Assembly: GCA_013416795.1 (NCBI GenBank)
Contig: RQSC01000125.1
Location: 17,571 to 81,570, forward strand
DNA from: Prasinococcaceae sp. CCMP 1430
Lineage: Eukaryota > Plantae > Prasinodermophyta
DNA: 64,000 nucleotides
Direction of reading: 5' to 3'
Shown: positions 21,598 to 31,973 of the stretch, piece by piece
Numbering within the stretch: position 1 is the first letter of the stretch
Layout of the letters: every line of letters starts with the position of its first letter
Notes under the pieces: generated by a model
What the model saw: the letters and a program-made list of their open reading frames with translations, nothing else
Database searches by the model: none
Told to the model about the DNA's origin: nothing
Position numbers and translations under genes: made by a program

Positions 21598-21917
21598 AGG
21601 GCGGCGGACACCCACCCTGCCGCGATCGGCACACACACACGCCCGCCCACCGCGCGAACGCCGGCACCCGGAGCTGCCAGCCGATCCACTCACACACCGC
21701 AGCGTCGATCCGACCGCACGCCCCTGCCGCGCCGAAGCGTGGCACCTCCCCCAACTCCACCCCCTCGTCCTCGAGTGGGACCTCCACCACCTCCAGCTCC
21801 CCCTCCTCCTCGGCGTCGTCGCCCTCGCCCCATCACAGACGAGACGGGGTTCGTTTCGAGCGTGAGTTTAGGTTGAAAAACGGGGGTTTGAGGTTTGGGG
21901 TGTAGGGTTAATGTCCT

Positions 21918-22547
21918 CTCGAGCTCCTAGTGGCAAAATTCTCGGATGAGGGGTGGAAAGGAGTGAAAGGCTTACCAAGCCTGGTGATAGCTGGTTCTCC
22001 GCGAAATCTATGTAGGTAGACTAGACCCAGACTCCTTTTCGGAGGTAGAGCACTTGTTGGATGACGGGAGCCCAAACCTTTACGAAGTCCAAGAAAACTC
22101 CGAAGGCCGACAAAGGGTGGGTATCTGTACAGACTCTGGGCGCGAAGGTCCAGGGTCGAGAGGGGAAGAGCCCAGACCGTCCGTTAAGGTCCCAAAGTGT
22201 GCCCTGAGTGCGCAAGGAAGTCAGAAAACAGAGACATTCAGGAGATGGGCTTGGAAGCAGCCGTTCTATGATGATCGCGTACCAGCGCACTGAATGAGTT
22301 TTTTGGCGCCGACCATACTCGGGACTGAAGGGCACCACCGAAACGACGGAGAACGATTCGTTCTGGTAGCGGAGCGTCCTGTGTTCCTTTGAAGGAAAAA
22401 GGATACTTTTTCTGGAGGACTCGGGAGTGAGCATGCTGACATGAGTAACGAGGCTCGGGGAGCCAATCCCCGTCGCCGTATGCGCACGGGTTCCACAGCA
22501 CTGTTGACCATCTGTGGAAGACACGGATCCTAAGAAGATGAGAGAAG
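21918..22547 (+). rRNA. rnl: Fragment of mitochondrial-type large-subunit rRNA (domain II); NUMT or misassembled organellar read
   Basis: GTGAAAGGC..., GATAGCTGGTTCTCCGCGAAATCTAT, GGTAGAGCACT, CCCAGACC..TAAGGTCCCAAAG, GGGCTTGGAAGCAGCC, ACCGAA and ATGCTGACATGAGTAACGA are collinear with 23S rRNA domain II. The CCGCGAAATCTAT and GGGCTTGGAAGCAGCC variants fit the alphaproteobacterial/mitochondrial type as I recall it. Confidence 0.85.
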
Positions 22548-22548
22548 N

Positions 22549-23142
22549 CTGCCCGCGGAGGAGGCGCTGCGGGACTACGGCTTTTTGCCGACGGGGATGA
22601 TGAACGCGGTGGCGGCGCACGCTGCCGGCGCGCGCGAGGACGTCGCCGTGGCTGCTGCGGAGCTCGCTGAGGACGCTGCGGAGCTCTGCTCCTTCCTCGA
22701 GCCCGGAGTGTCGCTCGTCGAGGCCCTCGCAGAGGCCCTGGCGCTGTGCGCGAGCGACCTCGCGCTTCTGGGCGGCTCGGGGGCCGAAGGTGAGGACGGG
22801 CGTCCCCTCGGAGAGCGTGCGGAGGCGGCAATCTGGTACAGGCTCACGCGTAGGCTCTTCTTCGCGGCCGCGCAGGTGGCGTACGCGGAAGGGGAGAAGG
22901 CCCCGGCCGTCGTGGACGCCGTGGGCGAGCTCGCACTGCGCTCGGGCGGCCTGGGCGCCGACGAGCAACGCGCCCAGGCGGTGCTGCGAGCGCACACTGC
23001 CGCCGCACGCCGCGCCGTCGAGTCGGGCATGGGCGCGGTGGCGGCGGCGACAGCGGCAGCGGCGGCGGCCCGAGACGCCGCGAGCGGCGGGGTTGCGGGT
23101 GCAGCCCCAGCAGACACGCTCGTCCCGCGGCAGGCGCTCTAG
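22549..23142 (+). CDS. Second copy of the SET-protein 3' half, carrying the apparent true C-terminus (...DTLVPRQAL*)
   Basis: 22549-23061 appears identical by eye to 21085-21597 (513 bp, offset 1464) and begins immediately after the n at 22548. Confidence 0.85.
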   Translation: MPAEEALRDYGFLPTGMMNAVAAHAAGAREDVAVAAAELAEDAAELCSFLEPGVSLVEALAEALALCASDLALLGGSGAEGEDGRPLGERAEAAIWYRLTRRLFFAAAQVAYAEGEKAPAVVDAVGELALRSGGLGADEQRAQAVLRAHTAAARRAVESGMGAVAAATAAAAAARDAASGGVAGAAPADTLVPRQAL

Positions 23143-23269
23143 CCTTCGCGCTCTAGCCCCCGCGTGCTGCGCGTGCTCGCGCGCGCGCCGGCGCACCGGT
23201 AGGCGTGCGCTCGGGCGCGGCGGCCCGCGGCCTTGCGCGAACACAATAAATGAACGCAGAGCGGATTTG

Positions 23270-23760
23270 GTTGATTTTGATAGCCGCACCAGAAATGTAC
23301 ATTGAAGCGCATCCGCACCGCTGAAATTCTCCGAAGGCTCCTCGTGGTGGACTTTCCGTACCTGTTCAAATCTAATTTTTGACAGGTTCGTCTGGGCAGC
23401 GCAGCGCGATGAGCACATGGGCATGCTTGAAAGCCCGGATAACGCCTGGGTGGATGTGGGTGCCGCAGCCGTCCACGAAGCATATTGCGGGCGACGCATC
23501 GGCCAGCAACCCTCCAGCCTTCTCCAGCGTCGGCACAATCACCTTGTGCAACAGCGACACAAGCGTGTGGACATCGAAGCTCCCTTTCTCGTTGCTGCTT
23601 AGTGTAGTGGCCGTATCTCCGGATGTCCATGAAGCGATCGGCCAGGTCATCGCTTTCGAAAAGGAGGCGGAGCAAGCCGCGTTGGTGGCTGCTCCGGACG
23701 TCAAGCTCTCGAGCATCCTCGAGCGGAGTGCGCGCACTGTTCCGATGTTGGCGCGAGGCT
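23270..23760 (-). pseudogene. Degenerate pogo/Tc5 (DDE_1-type) transposase fragment
   Basis: SSNEKGSFD..LHKVIVP...AICFVDGCGTH...LIALRCP, then a frameshift to TCQKLDLNRYG. This matches the DDE_1 pattern (LxxDGHxSH ... LPP..T..LQPLD). Confidence 0.65.
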
Positions 23761-24836
23761 ACGCGTCACTCGGGGCGGCGCTGAGTGCGAACGGGAAGCG
23801 TGCGCGCCCTCGTGGTGGTGCGCAGGCCGAGCCGAGGGCTGCGCCGCCGGCTCGTATGGCGCGCCTGCTGGGTGGGAACCCGGCGTCACAGGTGCCGTGC
23901 AGGAACTGGCAGACCTGCAATCGCCCGTGTCACTTCAGGCCGCGGCTAGAGACGGGCCTGAGCTTGCAAGGGAAGCGCGAGGCGCACCGCTTACCCCGGT
24001 GTAGTTTCCACGCGGACCTGGGTAGGTCACTTGGTACGCACGGCGGCACGCAGGCGAGCGCGCCGCCGAGAATTTACGTAGACCCTAACCCTAAAATCGT
24101 AAACTCGCATCGACCCCAATGCACGGCAGCCCAACGGCGGCGGCGGCGGCTGCGCGCGCCGGCGCAGCCCCTTCCCCCCCCCCCCCATCCCCCCACGCGC
24201 GCGCCGACCGCGCAACCCACCACTCGCTGCACGCGCGGCGCGTCCTCGCCTCGCGCAGCGGGNNNNNNNNNNNNNNNNNNNNNNNNNNNNNNNNNNNNNN
24301 NNNNNNNNNNNNNNNNNNNNNNNNNNNNNNNNNNNNNNNNNNNNNNNNNNNNNNNNNNNNNNNNNNNNNNNNNNNNNNNNNNNNNNNNNNNNNNNNNNNN
24401 NNNNNNNNNNNNNNNNNNNNNNNNNNNNNNNNNNNNNNNNNNNNNNNNNNNNNNNNNNNNNNNNNNNNNNNNNNNNNNNNNNNNNNNNNNNNNNNNNNNN
24501 NNNNNNNNNNNNNNNNNNNNNNNNNNNNNNNNNNNNNNNNNNNNNNNATGCGCGCGCGCCCACACACAGCAGCGCGGCGGTGAGCGCAGCCAGACGCCGC
24601 CGCGCCCGCGGTCGCATTGCGCTGCGGCGCGCCGTGCGCCGTGCGCCACCACTGGTGCGCCCTGGCGCCGCGCCTACGCCCACCGACGAGGCAACGCCTG
24701 CTGGAACGTCCGCCAGGTGGCCGCGCCGGCAGCAGGAGCTTCGAAAGAGCTCAGATTCGAAGCGCCACACCGCGAACAGCACGCTCAGCGCCCCGCACAG
24801 CGCTGGCGCTGGCGCGGGCTCAGCGCAGCGTAGGCA

Positions 24837-25300
24837 ATGGGCTCGGCTCAGTCGACGGCGCGCGAGCGTTCGACGGTGGGAGCGGCGGCGCTCGCCGCGC
24901 TCGCGCCCGACGAGCGCGACGCAGTGCTCGCAGCCGAGGGGCGCGCGCACGCGGCAGCAGTCGGCGGCGGCGGCGCCGGCGACGATGAGGCTGGGGCGGG
25001 CGAGCTGCGCGTTCTGCTCGAGCGCGCCGCCGAAGTCGACCCCGACGCGCTTGTGCTCGCGGTGGCAGCCGCGCTCGCGACTCCCGCGGAGCGCTTCGAG
25101 TGGGCGTGGTCACTCACAACGTCGAAGCACACTGGAGGTAGCAGCGGCGGCGCGGGGGCGCTCTCGGTGCTACTGCGCGCGGCGGCGCAGCATGCAGTCG
25201 GGTACGACGACGATAGCAGGAAAAGCGCTACTGCCTTTGCAGAGGCCGTCTTGACGCCGTTGGGCACTGCCACCGCGCGCCGGCGCGCCGGCGCGCTTGC
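24837..25300 (+). CDS. Hypothetical protein with possible N-myristoylation (MGSAQS)
   Basis: A coding-like Ala-rich ORF that runs into the hairpin element at 25351. No recognised domain. Confidence 0.35.
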
Positions 25301-25350
25301 CCGGCGAGGCCCTCGCACCCCGTCGCTGGTGGCCAGGTTTAGGTTTTACG

Positions 25351-25462
25351 GTAGACTAGTTGGAATTGAAAAAATCCAGTTTTCGAGGTTTTTGAGGCCA
25401 GAAATTCCAGTCCCAAAAACCTCGAAAACTGGAATTTTTTCTACAGTAGACTAGTTGGAATT
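25351..25462. repeat. 20-bp perfect inverted repeat (25375-25394 / 25414-25433) bracketed by a 17-bp direct repeat (25351-25367, 25446-25462)
   Basis: Stem TCCAGTTTTCGAGGTTTTTG / CAAAAACCTCGAAAACTGGA. GTAGACTAGTTGGAATT occurs twice. Confidence 0.9.
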
Positions 25463-25557
25463 TTGGTATTAGGGTAGATTTTAGGGTTCGTAATCATTCT
25501 GCCGATCGATGCGATCGCGCTGCGAATGGCGGGAAAACGCGGCGCTGCGGAGGTGGG

Positions 25558-25839
25558 GTGGGGTGGGGGTGCAGGGGTGCAGGGGGGAAGCTGAAGAAGG
25601 AGAAGAGGAGTAAGCGCGGTCGCGACCTGGACTTCGCGCGTTGGGAGGATCGCGCAATGCTGCAGCACGCTGAGTGGTACTGCGTGGTGGACGGCCACAA
25701 CGCTGCCGATGCCGCGGGGCCACTTGCCGAGGGCGCTTCGCCAGCGATGGCGATCATGTGCATCCCCGTAGCCGCTGAGGCGAAGCTCCTCCAGAGCCTG
25801 AGCGAGCTCATGGCCGACCTCGAGAGTGGGTGCCAATGA
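25558..25839 (+). CDS. Short hypothetical ORF
   Basis: 93 codons downstream of a telo-box-like region. No recognised motif. Confidence 0.3.
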   Translation: MGWGCRGAGGKLKKEKRSKRGRDLDFARWEDRAMLQHAEWYCVVDGHNAADAAGPLAEGASPAMAIMCIPVAAEAKLLQSLSELMADLESGCQ

Positions 25840-25890
25840 CAGCAGTGGGATTAAGATTGCATTACACCCAAGCCTACACGCGCGACAGGC

Positions 25891-26068
25891 TCACGCGCGC
25901 TCAGATGAGAGAGCAGCCTCGAGGTCATCGCGTGCCCCGCCGTCGTCGTCCTCGCCGCTATGAGCGGTCTCATTAGCAGTATCATCACTGGCTGCAGAAA
26001 CTTCCGCGCCCGTGCTCTCGCCGTTGGCTTCGCCCACGTCTATGACGGTGTCGGTCGCGGGAGCCTGC
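25891..26068 (-). CDS. Acidic C-terminal fragment of an unidentified gene, cut at the n at 26069
   Basis: QAPATDTVIDVGEANGES...DDLEAALSSERA* lies on the opposite strand to the gene right of the n. Confidence 0.35.
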
Positions 26069-26069
26069 N

Positions 26070-27373
26070 CCGACGCGCTTGCAGCGGCCGCGGCTGGCGC
26101 TGGCGCAGCCGACGGCGCCGGCGCTGGCGCGCCGGCCGCGGCGCCAGCATTTTCCCTGCGCAAGTTGCTGTACCTCTCGTCGCTGGGTGGCGGCGAGCGC
26201 GGCGACGGCGCCTCCCTGCGCGTGGCCGCGTGCGCGCTGGGCCTCGAGGGCGCCGACGTCTTCGCCACGCTCAATCCGATGGGCGCCGTCGGCCTCAGCG
26301 CGTTCTCGACTGCTGGCAACCCGCTACTCAGCAAAGTTGGCGGCGCGGGCGTCGGCGCAAGCGCCGAGTGCCTCGGGCAGAGCCTCACGGCGTCGGCGGT
26401 GGCGTGCACGGGTGCCGACGCGTCCTCCGGCGGCCTCGCCGCTGCGCAGCTCATGCTCAGGCCGGGCAGCCGCACCGCGATCGCGCTCACCGCCACCGCG
26501 GAGCGCAAGGGCGCCGGTGCGGGGGTTGAGGGTGCTAGCGCTGGCGCGGTGGCGGCCGCGGGTGCCGCCGCGCGCGCCGCGCGTGGCCCCGGCAACGCCG
26601 CCAGCGCCGGAGGCGAGAGCGCGCCGGGTCCTAAGGATCCCCTGAGCGTCCTTGTGAGCCCGGCGGGCCCCGGCGACGGCGACGATGGTGGCGTGCGAGT
26701 GGCGATGGCCGTGGAAGAAGGCGACGAGACAGTGGCGACGCAGGCGGCCAGCACGTCCTCGAGCACTTCATCGGGCGCGTCCACGCCTGCAGCCCCCACC
26801 TCCCCTGCTGACGTCGACACGGCGGCGGCCATGGCGACTTCCAATGTCGCTGCAGCGGCCGCGCTCGCTGCCGCGGCGACAGAGCCCGCGCCCGCGCCCG
26901 CCGTTCCCGCCACAGAGGCGTTGGACGCCGCAGCTTGTGCTGCAGGCGCTGCCTCGGTGTCGTTGGCGGCGTCGTTTGGCGTAGCCCTCGGTGGGCTGTG
27001 CACGCTCGCCGGGTGGGCCGCGGCGGAGGACTGTGGCAGCGTTGGGTTGATGGAGGGCGGAGGGGGTAGCGGGTTCGGGGGCTCGCTTCGGCCGCAGCAG
27101 TGCGCACTGATGGTCATGCCCCCGCCCGGCGCTGGCGGCGGCTGGGGACTGCTCGCCGGCCACGTGTGCCGCGGCGGGGGCGCCGGTGCGCTGGGCGCCG
27201 GTGCGGTGGGCGCCTGCGACGAGGGCTTCGTCGCAGAGGCGTTCGTACGACTGTCATCGGCGGACAGGCGCGTGAGCGTTGTACCAGGCGTGGTGCACGT
27301 CCGCCCCGGCGGCCTCGCGAGCGGCCTCGACGGCACCACCTCGCTGGTGCTCAAGAGCCGCCTCACCTTCTGA
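26070..27373 (+). CDS. Putative outer-membrane beta-barrel protein with a porin-like C-terminus; 5' end lost at the n
   Basis: The C-terminus GFVAEAFVRLSSADRRVSVVPGVVHV...SLVLKSRLTF* has alternating amphipathic strands and a terminal Phe. It resembles the recalled cyanobacterial OprB/SomA porin pattern EAFYRF...ISITPG...LRTTF.F. Confidence 0.55.
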
Positions 27374-28097
27374 GCGCGTGCGCGGTGAGGCCAGCGGCTC
27401 CGCCCGCGCGCATGCCGTGCCACGTGCGCCGTGCCACATCAGCATGGTATGCTCCCTGTGCCACACGCGCCACACCACGCATGTGCATAGTGTACGTATG
27501 CATGCATGCGCCAAAGCCATGGTATCACCATTTTTAAATTTCGAGATTTTGGTCAATTTTCACGAGAGTATTTTTTGCAGCCCAGCCGTCGCAGCGCGAG
27601 GCGCGAGGCGTGTGCCTCGGGGCTGCGTGCCACACCCCGGGCGTGCTGCGCCGCGCTGCGTCCCCGGCGGGGCGACGAGAAGGTGCGTGCTTGAGGCGGC
27701 GCGTGTGTGTGGGTAAGTGGTCGGGGGTAGGAGGGTGCCACCTTTTCGATCGCGTCCGTGCCGCGCGCGCGACGGGCGCCTCGCGCCGCCGAGCCCGCGG
27801 GAAAACTATCGTCGCCGCTGGCTCGCCCACCAGCGGCGCCGCTGATACCCCGCGCAGACGAACAGAGGGCGTTCCAGGCTGCTGTTCTCGCCCTTTGCCG
27901 AGGCGGCGGCGTCTTAACCGCCCGCAACACTCGCGTGCGCGCTACACGCGCCCGCCCCGCCCCTCACGTGGCCCCGTGCGCCCGCCCGACCGAAACCTAA
28001 ATGTGTGTCGCTCACCGCCGGCGGCGAGCTGACGCCGTCCTGCTTGATCGCCCGATCGCGCGCAGGGCGCTCTCCTGCCCGCCGACCGCACGCAGCC

Positions 28098-29114
28098 ATG
28101 TCGTCGAGTGGCTGGTGCACCGTCGAGAGCGACCCGGGCGTCTTCACCGAGCTCGTATCGGAGATGGGCGCGCGTGGGGTGAGCGTCGAGGAGCTGTGGT
28201 CGCTCGACGAGGACAGCCTGCGTGCGCTCGGAAAGGTGCACGGCCTCATCTTCCTCTTCAAGTGGCGTGCTGAGCAGGACTCACGCCCCGTCGTTGCGGA
28301 CGGCGCCGCCCCGAACGTCTTCTTCGCCAAACAGGTCATCACCAACGCGTGCGCTACGCAAGCATTGCTGTCCATCCTGCTCAACGCCGAGGGCGTCGAA
28401 CTGGGCGACACGCTGTCCGACTTCAAGGCCTTCGTGGCGGACTTCCCTGCTGACCTCAAGGGCCTGGCGATCTCCAACCAGGAGGCCATTCGCGCGGCGC
28501 ACAACTCGTTCGCGCGGCCCGAGCCATTCGTCAGCGACGAGCGCGTCGCCCAGCCCGACGACGACGTGTTCCACTTCATCAGCTACGTGCGGGTCGGGAG
28601 CACTCTCTATGAGCTGGATGGTCTGAAGGAGGGGCCCATCGTGTGCGCGGAGGGCGTGGGCGGTGCCGACTGGCTCGGATCGGCCGCCGCCGCAGTGCAG
28701 GCGCGCATTGAGAGGTACGCCGCCTCCGAGATCAAGTTCAATCTCATGGCGATGTGCGAGAGCAAGCAGACGGCGCTGACGAGGCAGAGGGAGGCGGCGG
28801 AGGCGCGGCTGGTGGCGCTCGCCGATGGCGCTGCGCCCATGGACACCGGCGATGGCTCGTCGCTTCCTGAAGGGGAGGAGGCACTCGCGGCCGAGCGCGC
28901 GCGCCTGATGGCTGAGATCGCAGACGTGGACGCGCAGCTCGCTGCCGATGGCGACAAGCGCGCGCGCTGGAAGGAGGAGAACGCGCGCCGAAAGCACAAC
29001 TACGTGCCATTCGTGTACAACTTCCTCCGGCTGCTTGCGGAGCACAAGCAGCTGAAGCCGCTGGTGGACGCCGCGAGGCAGCGGCAGGAGCAGCGGCGGC
29101 AGCAGCAGCAATAG
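28098..29114 (+). CDS. UCH37: Ubiquitin C-terminal hydrolase UCH37/UCH-L5 type
   Basis: Motifs: WCTVESDPGVFTEL, QVITNACATQA (Cys), FHFISY (His), YELDGL (Asp) and the C-terminal WKEENARRKHNYVPF. Confidence 0.96.
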   Translation: MSSSGWCTVESDPGVFTELVSEMGARGVSVEELWSLDEDSLRALGKVHGLIFLFKWRAEQDSRPVVADGAAPNVFFAKQVITNACATQALLSILLNAEGVELGDTLSDFKAFVADFPADLKGLAISNQEAIRAAHNSFARPEPFVSDERVAQPDDDVFHFISYVRVGSTLYELDGLKEGPIVCAEGVGGADWLGSAAAAVQARIERYAASEIKFNLMAMCESKQTALTRQREAAEARLVALADGAAPMDTGDGSSLPEGEEALAAERARLMAEIADVDAQLAADGDKRARWKEENARRKHNYVPFVYNFLRLLAEHKQLKPLVDAARQRQEQRRQQQQ

Positions 29115-29378
29115 CTGCGGCGCACCGCCGCAGCAACACCCCGCGAGTGCGGCGCGCATAGCAATAGCCTGTAACATCATGTACCATTGCGAGGGGATGC
29201 TTCCGCCCCCCGCCGCGCCGCCCCGCCGCCGGCGCGCGGCTCGTCCGGCAACCCATCCCCTCCGCCACCGCGCGGCGCGGGCGGACGTGGCGCGGCGCTC
29301 GTCGCGTGCACGCGAGGCGCATGCCGGCGTGTGCTCAATGCTGCGCGCATTGGGGGCGAGCGTGAGAGTTCCGTTTTA

Positions 29379-29900
29379 TCACAGGAACAGACGATTCGGG
29401 TCGGCCTGGAGCGCGGCCTTAATCGCTGCCTGAGCGGCGCGTTCGCGCTGGCGCAGCTCCGCGCGCCGCGCCCGCTTCGCCGCCCTTGGGGACCCAATGG
29501 CCTCGTCCTCCCTCGACCTCGGTCCTCGCAACAACCGCTGCGCCTCGCGCTCTTCCTCCTCCGCCGCCCGCTCCTCCTCCTCTGCTTTTGCCTTCGCTGC
29601 CTCCTCGCGCCGGCGCGCGTCCACGCGCCGGCCCGCCTCATCCTCTGCCAGCTCGCGCTCGGCCTCGCGCGCCCCCACCTCCGCTTTCAAGGCTAGGCAA
29701 ACCCCCATTAGGGCGAGAAAGTTCGCGTCGTCCCCGAGCCCGCCACCCCGCAGACATTCGAGCATCGCCGTCGCCCCCTTCCAGCAGGTGGTCGCGACTT
29801 CTCTTTGTTCGCAAACAGCTTCTCGGCGGCGGTATCGCGCGAGGGCGCCGCTGTTCTCGGCGTCGTGCGGATCCCACGTGGCGACCTGGGACTTCTCCAT
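29379..29900 (-). CDS. Hypothetical coiled-coil protein
   Basis: E/A/R-rich helical ORF from the ATG at 29900. Confidence 0.45.
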   Translation of the reverse strand: MEKSQVATWDPHDAENSGALARYRRREAVCEQREVATTCWKGATAMLECLRGGGLGDDANFLALMGVCLALKAEVGAREAERELAEDEAGRRVDARRREEAAKAKAEEEERAAEEEEREAQRLLRGPRSREDEAIGSPRAAKRARRAELRQRERAAQAAIKAALQADPNRLFL

Positions 29901-30590
29901 GTCGCGCTCAGTCGCGAGGTCGAGGCCGGCGGGGAGTCGCCCGGGGAGGAGCAGGGCCGGGGCGCGCCGCGCGCGCGCGGTGTGCGCGCCCGCGCTCGCG
30001 CGGCGCTCGCCACTTGTTCGAAAACCGGTTCGAAGAAGTTTTCCCCAATTTATTTCGATGGAGACACCTTCCGTGATTCGCATCAACGCGCGTGGAAAAG
30101 GCGGCCACTGGCGGACGACGCTCTTCCGTAGCTTTTGGAGGACCCGCTTTCACTCCCATACCTGGTATCGGAGGTCCCTCGGCGGGATGCGCATTTTTTC
30201 TTTTTTCTTTTTTCTTTTTTCTTTTTTCTTTTTTCGGAAAAAGAGAGGTGCATGAGCTGCGACCCGCAGCCGCCGCGTCCGAGGGTTTGGCGGAATTGAT
30301 TTCGCGTCAGCTCGCCGCGGTTTTGGCGTGGTAGCGGGAATGTGGAGCGCGCGGCCGGGAATTCCGCGGAAAGCGCGCGCACGTGATGACGATAGCCACA
30401 GCCGCGCGCGGGGGCTGCGGCCCCGGCGTCGTCAACCTCCCTCTCCACTCCTCCCACTCCCTGCGCGCTCTCGCGCGGCGCTGCGGCCCCGCGCGGCCGC
30501 TCTCGTGGTCCTCCTCCCCTCTCCCTCCTCCTCTGCGGGCGGCGGCGATGGCGGCGGCGGCGGCGGCGCGCGCGCAGGCCGGCGGCGGCC

Positions 30591-31679
30591 GTGGCGACCG
30601 ACGAGGTGGGGGCGCGCGTGGGCGGCGCGGCGGCCTCGAACGGCCACATCGCCTGGTCCACCGACGCGGAGTGCAACGGCGCGGCCGCCAGCGACGCTGA
30701 GCGCCTGCTGCCCGGCCAGCGCCTCAAGCTGAGCGTGCCCGCGACGAGCGCCAACATGGGCCCCGGCTTCGACTCGTTCGGCTTCGCGCTCGACCTGTCC
30801 AACGAGCTCATCATCGAGCGCAAGGGCTTCGGCGTGGACATCATCGGCCAGGGCGCCGACAGCCTCCCGCGCGACCGCTCCAACGCCATCGTCGAGGCGG
30901 TCGCGCAGGGCTACGCGTTCGCGACCGGCGGCGAGGACCTGCCCGCCGACCTGCACTTCACGTGCGTCAACAACATCCCCACCGCGCGCGGGCTCGGCTC
31001 GAGCAGCGCGGCGCTCGTGTCGGGGCTCGCGGCGGGGCTCCAGCTCGCGGGCAGGGACGTGTCGAAGCCGAACGTGCGCCGCGACCTGCTCCAGCTGGCG
31101 GCCGATGCGGAGGGCCACCCAGACAACGTCGCGCCGGCCATCTACGGCGGCTTCCAGATCGCCATCAACACCGGGGGGGAGAACCCGCAGTGGGTGACGC
31201 AGGGCGTCAAGATGCCGGAGAGCCTGCAGGCCGTGCTCTTCATCCCGGAGTTCGAGAGCCTCACCTCGGAGACGCGCGCCGCGCTGCCCAAGGAGATTCC
31301 GGTGGCCGACGCCGTGTTCAACATCAGCCGCGCGGCGATGCTCGTCAACTCGTTCGCCACGGGCAACTTCGAGACGCTCCGCTACGCTTGCGAGGACGTG
31401 CTGCACCAGCCCGTGCGCGGCGCTGACTTCCCGCTCTACCCGATGATGGAGGCCGCGCTCAAGAGCGGCGCGCATGGCTGCTTCTTGTCGGGCGCGGGTC
31501 CCACGGTGCTCGCGCTGACCGGGGGGCATGGCTCGGACGTCAACGCGGACACCATGGTCACGTACATGGCCGTAGAGACGGCCGAGGCCATGCGCAAGGA
31601 GGCTCTCAAGGACGACCTGAAGGGCAGGGTGGTCATCGCGACGCCCGACCTCACGGGCGTGGTGTGCAAGAAGATCTGA
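30591..31679 (+). CDS. thrB: Homoserine kinase (GHMP family); transit peptide and start unresolved
   Basis: Motifs: VPATSANMGPGFDSFG, IPTARGLGSSSAA, EGHPDNVAPA and FLSGAGPTV. Confidence 0.96.
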   Translation: MATDEVGARVGGAAASNGHIAWSTDAECNGAAASDAERLLPGQRLKLSVPATSANMGPGFDSFGFALDLSNELIIERKGFGVDIIGQGADSLPRDRSNAIVEAVAQGYAFATGGEDLPADLHFTCVNNIPTARGLGSSSAALVSGLAAGLQLAGRDVSKPNVRRDLLQLAADAEGHPDNVAPAIYGGFQIAINTGGENPQWVTQGVKMPESLQAVLFIPEFESLTSETRAALPKEIPVADAVFNISRAAMLVNSFATGNFETLRYACEDVLHQPVRGADFPLYPMMEAALKSGAHGCFLSGAGPTVLALTGGHGSDVNADTMVTYMAVETAEAMRKEALKDDLKGRVVIATPDLTGVVCKKI

Positions 31680-31973
31680 GCGCCTCAACCGTGGCCCGCC
31701 GAGCTGGAGCGCACGCCCGCCAGCCTGCGCGCAAGGGCTCTTTTCCAGCACACGCTCCTTCGCGCGCGGTAAGCACTCCAGCACTCGCACACCCTCCGCG
31801 CTGGCTCGCGTGCCCTCTGCGCGCGTCCGCGCCTTTTGACGGTGGGGTATGCTCGCGCACGTTGCTCTCATCTCGCCAAAAATTACGCGTGCCACCGTGG
31901 CGGACGGACACACTGGCAGTGCGCGCACACGCGGCGCGCACGCCTGCCCGCAAACAGTGCCCTCGACCGCCCA

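Noticed and set aside
21918-22547. Functional nuclear rRNA gene or plastid 23S
   Set aside because: It is only a ~630-bp internal fragment of bacterial-type LSU. The signature variants fit the mitochondrial/alphaproteobacterial type better than the plastid type.
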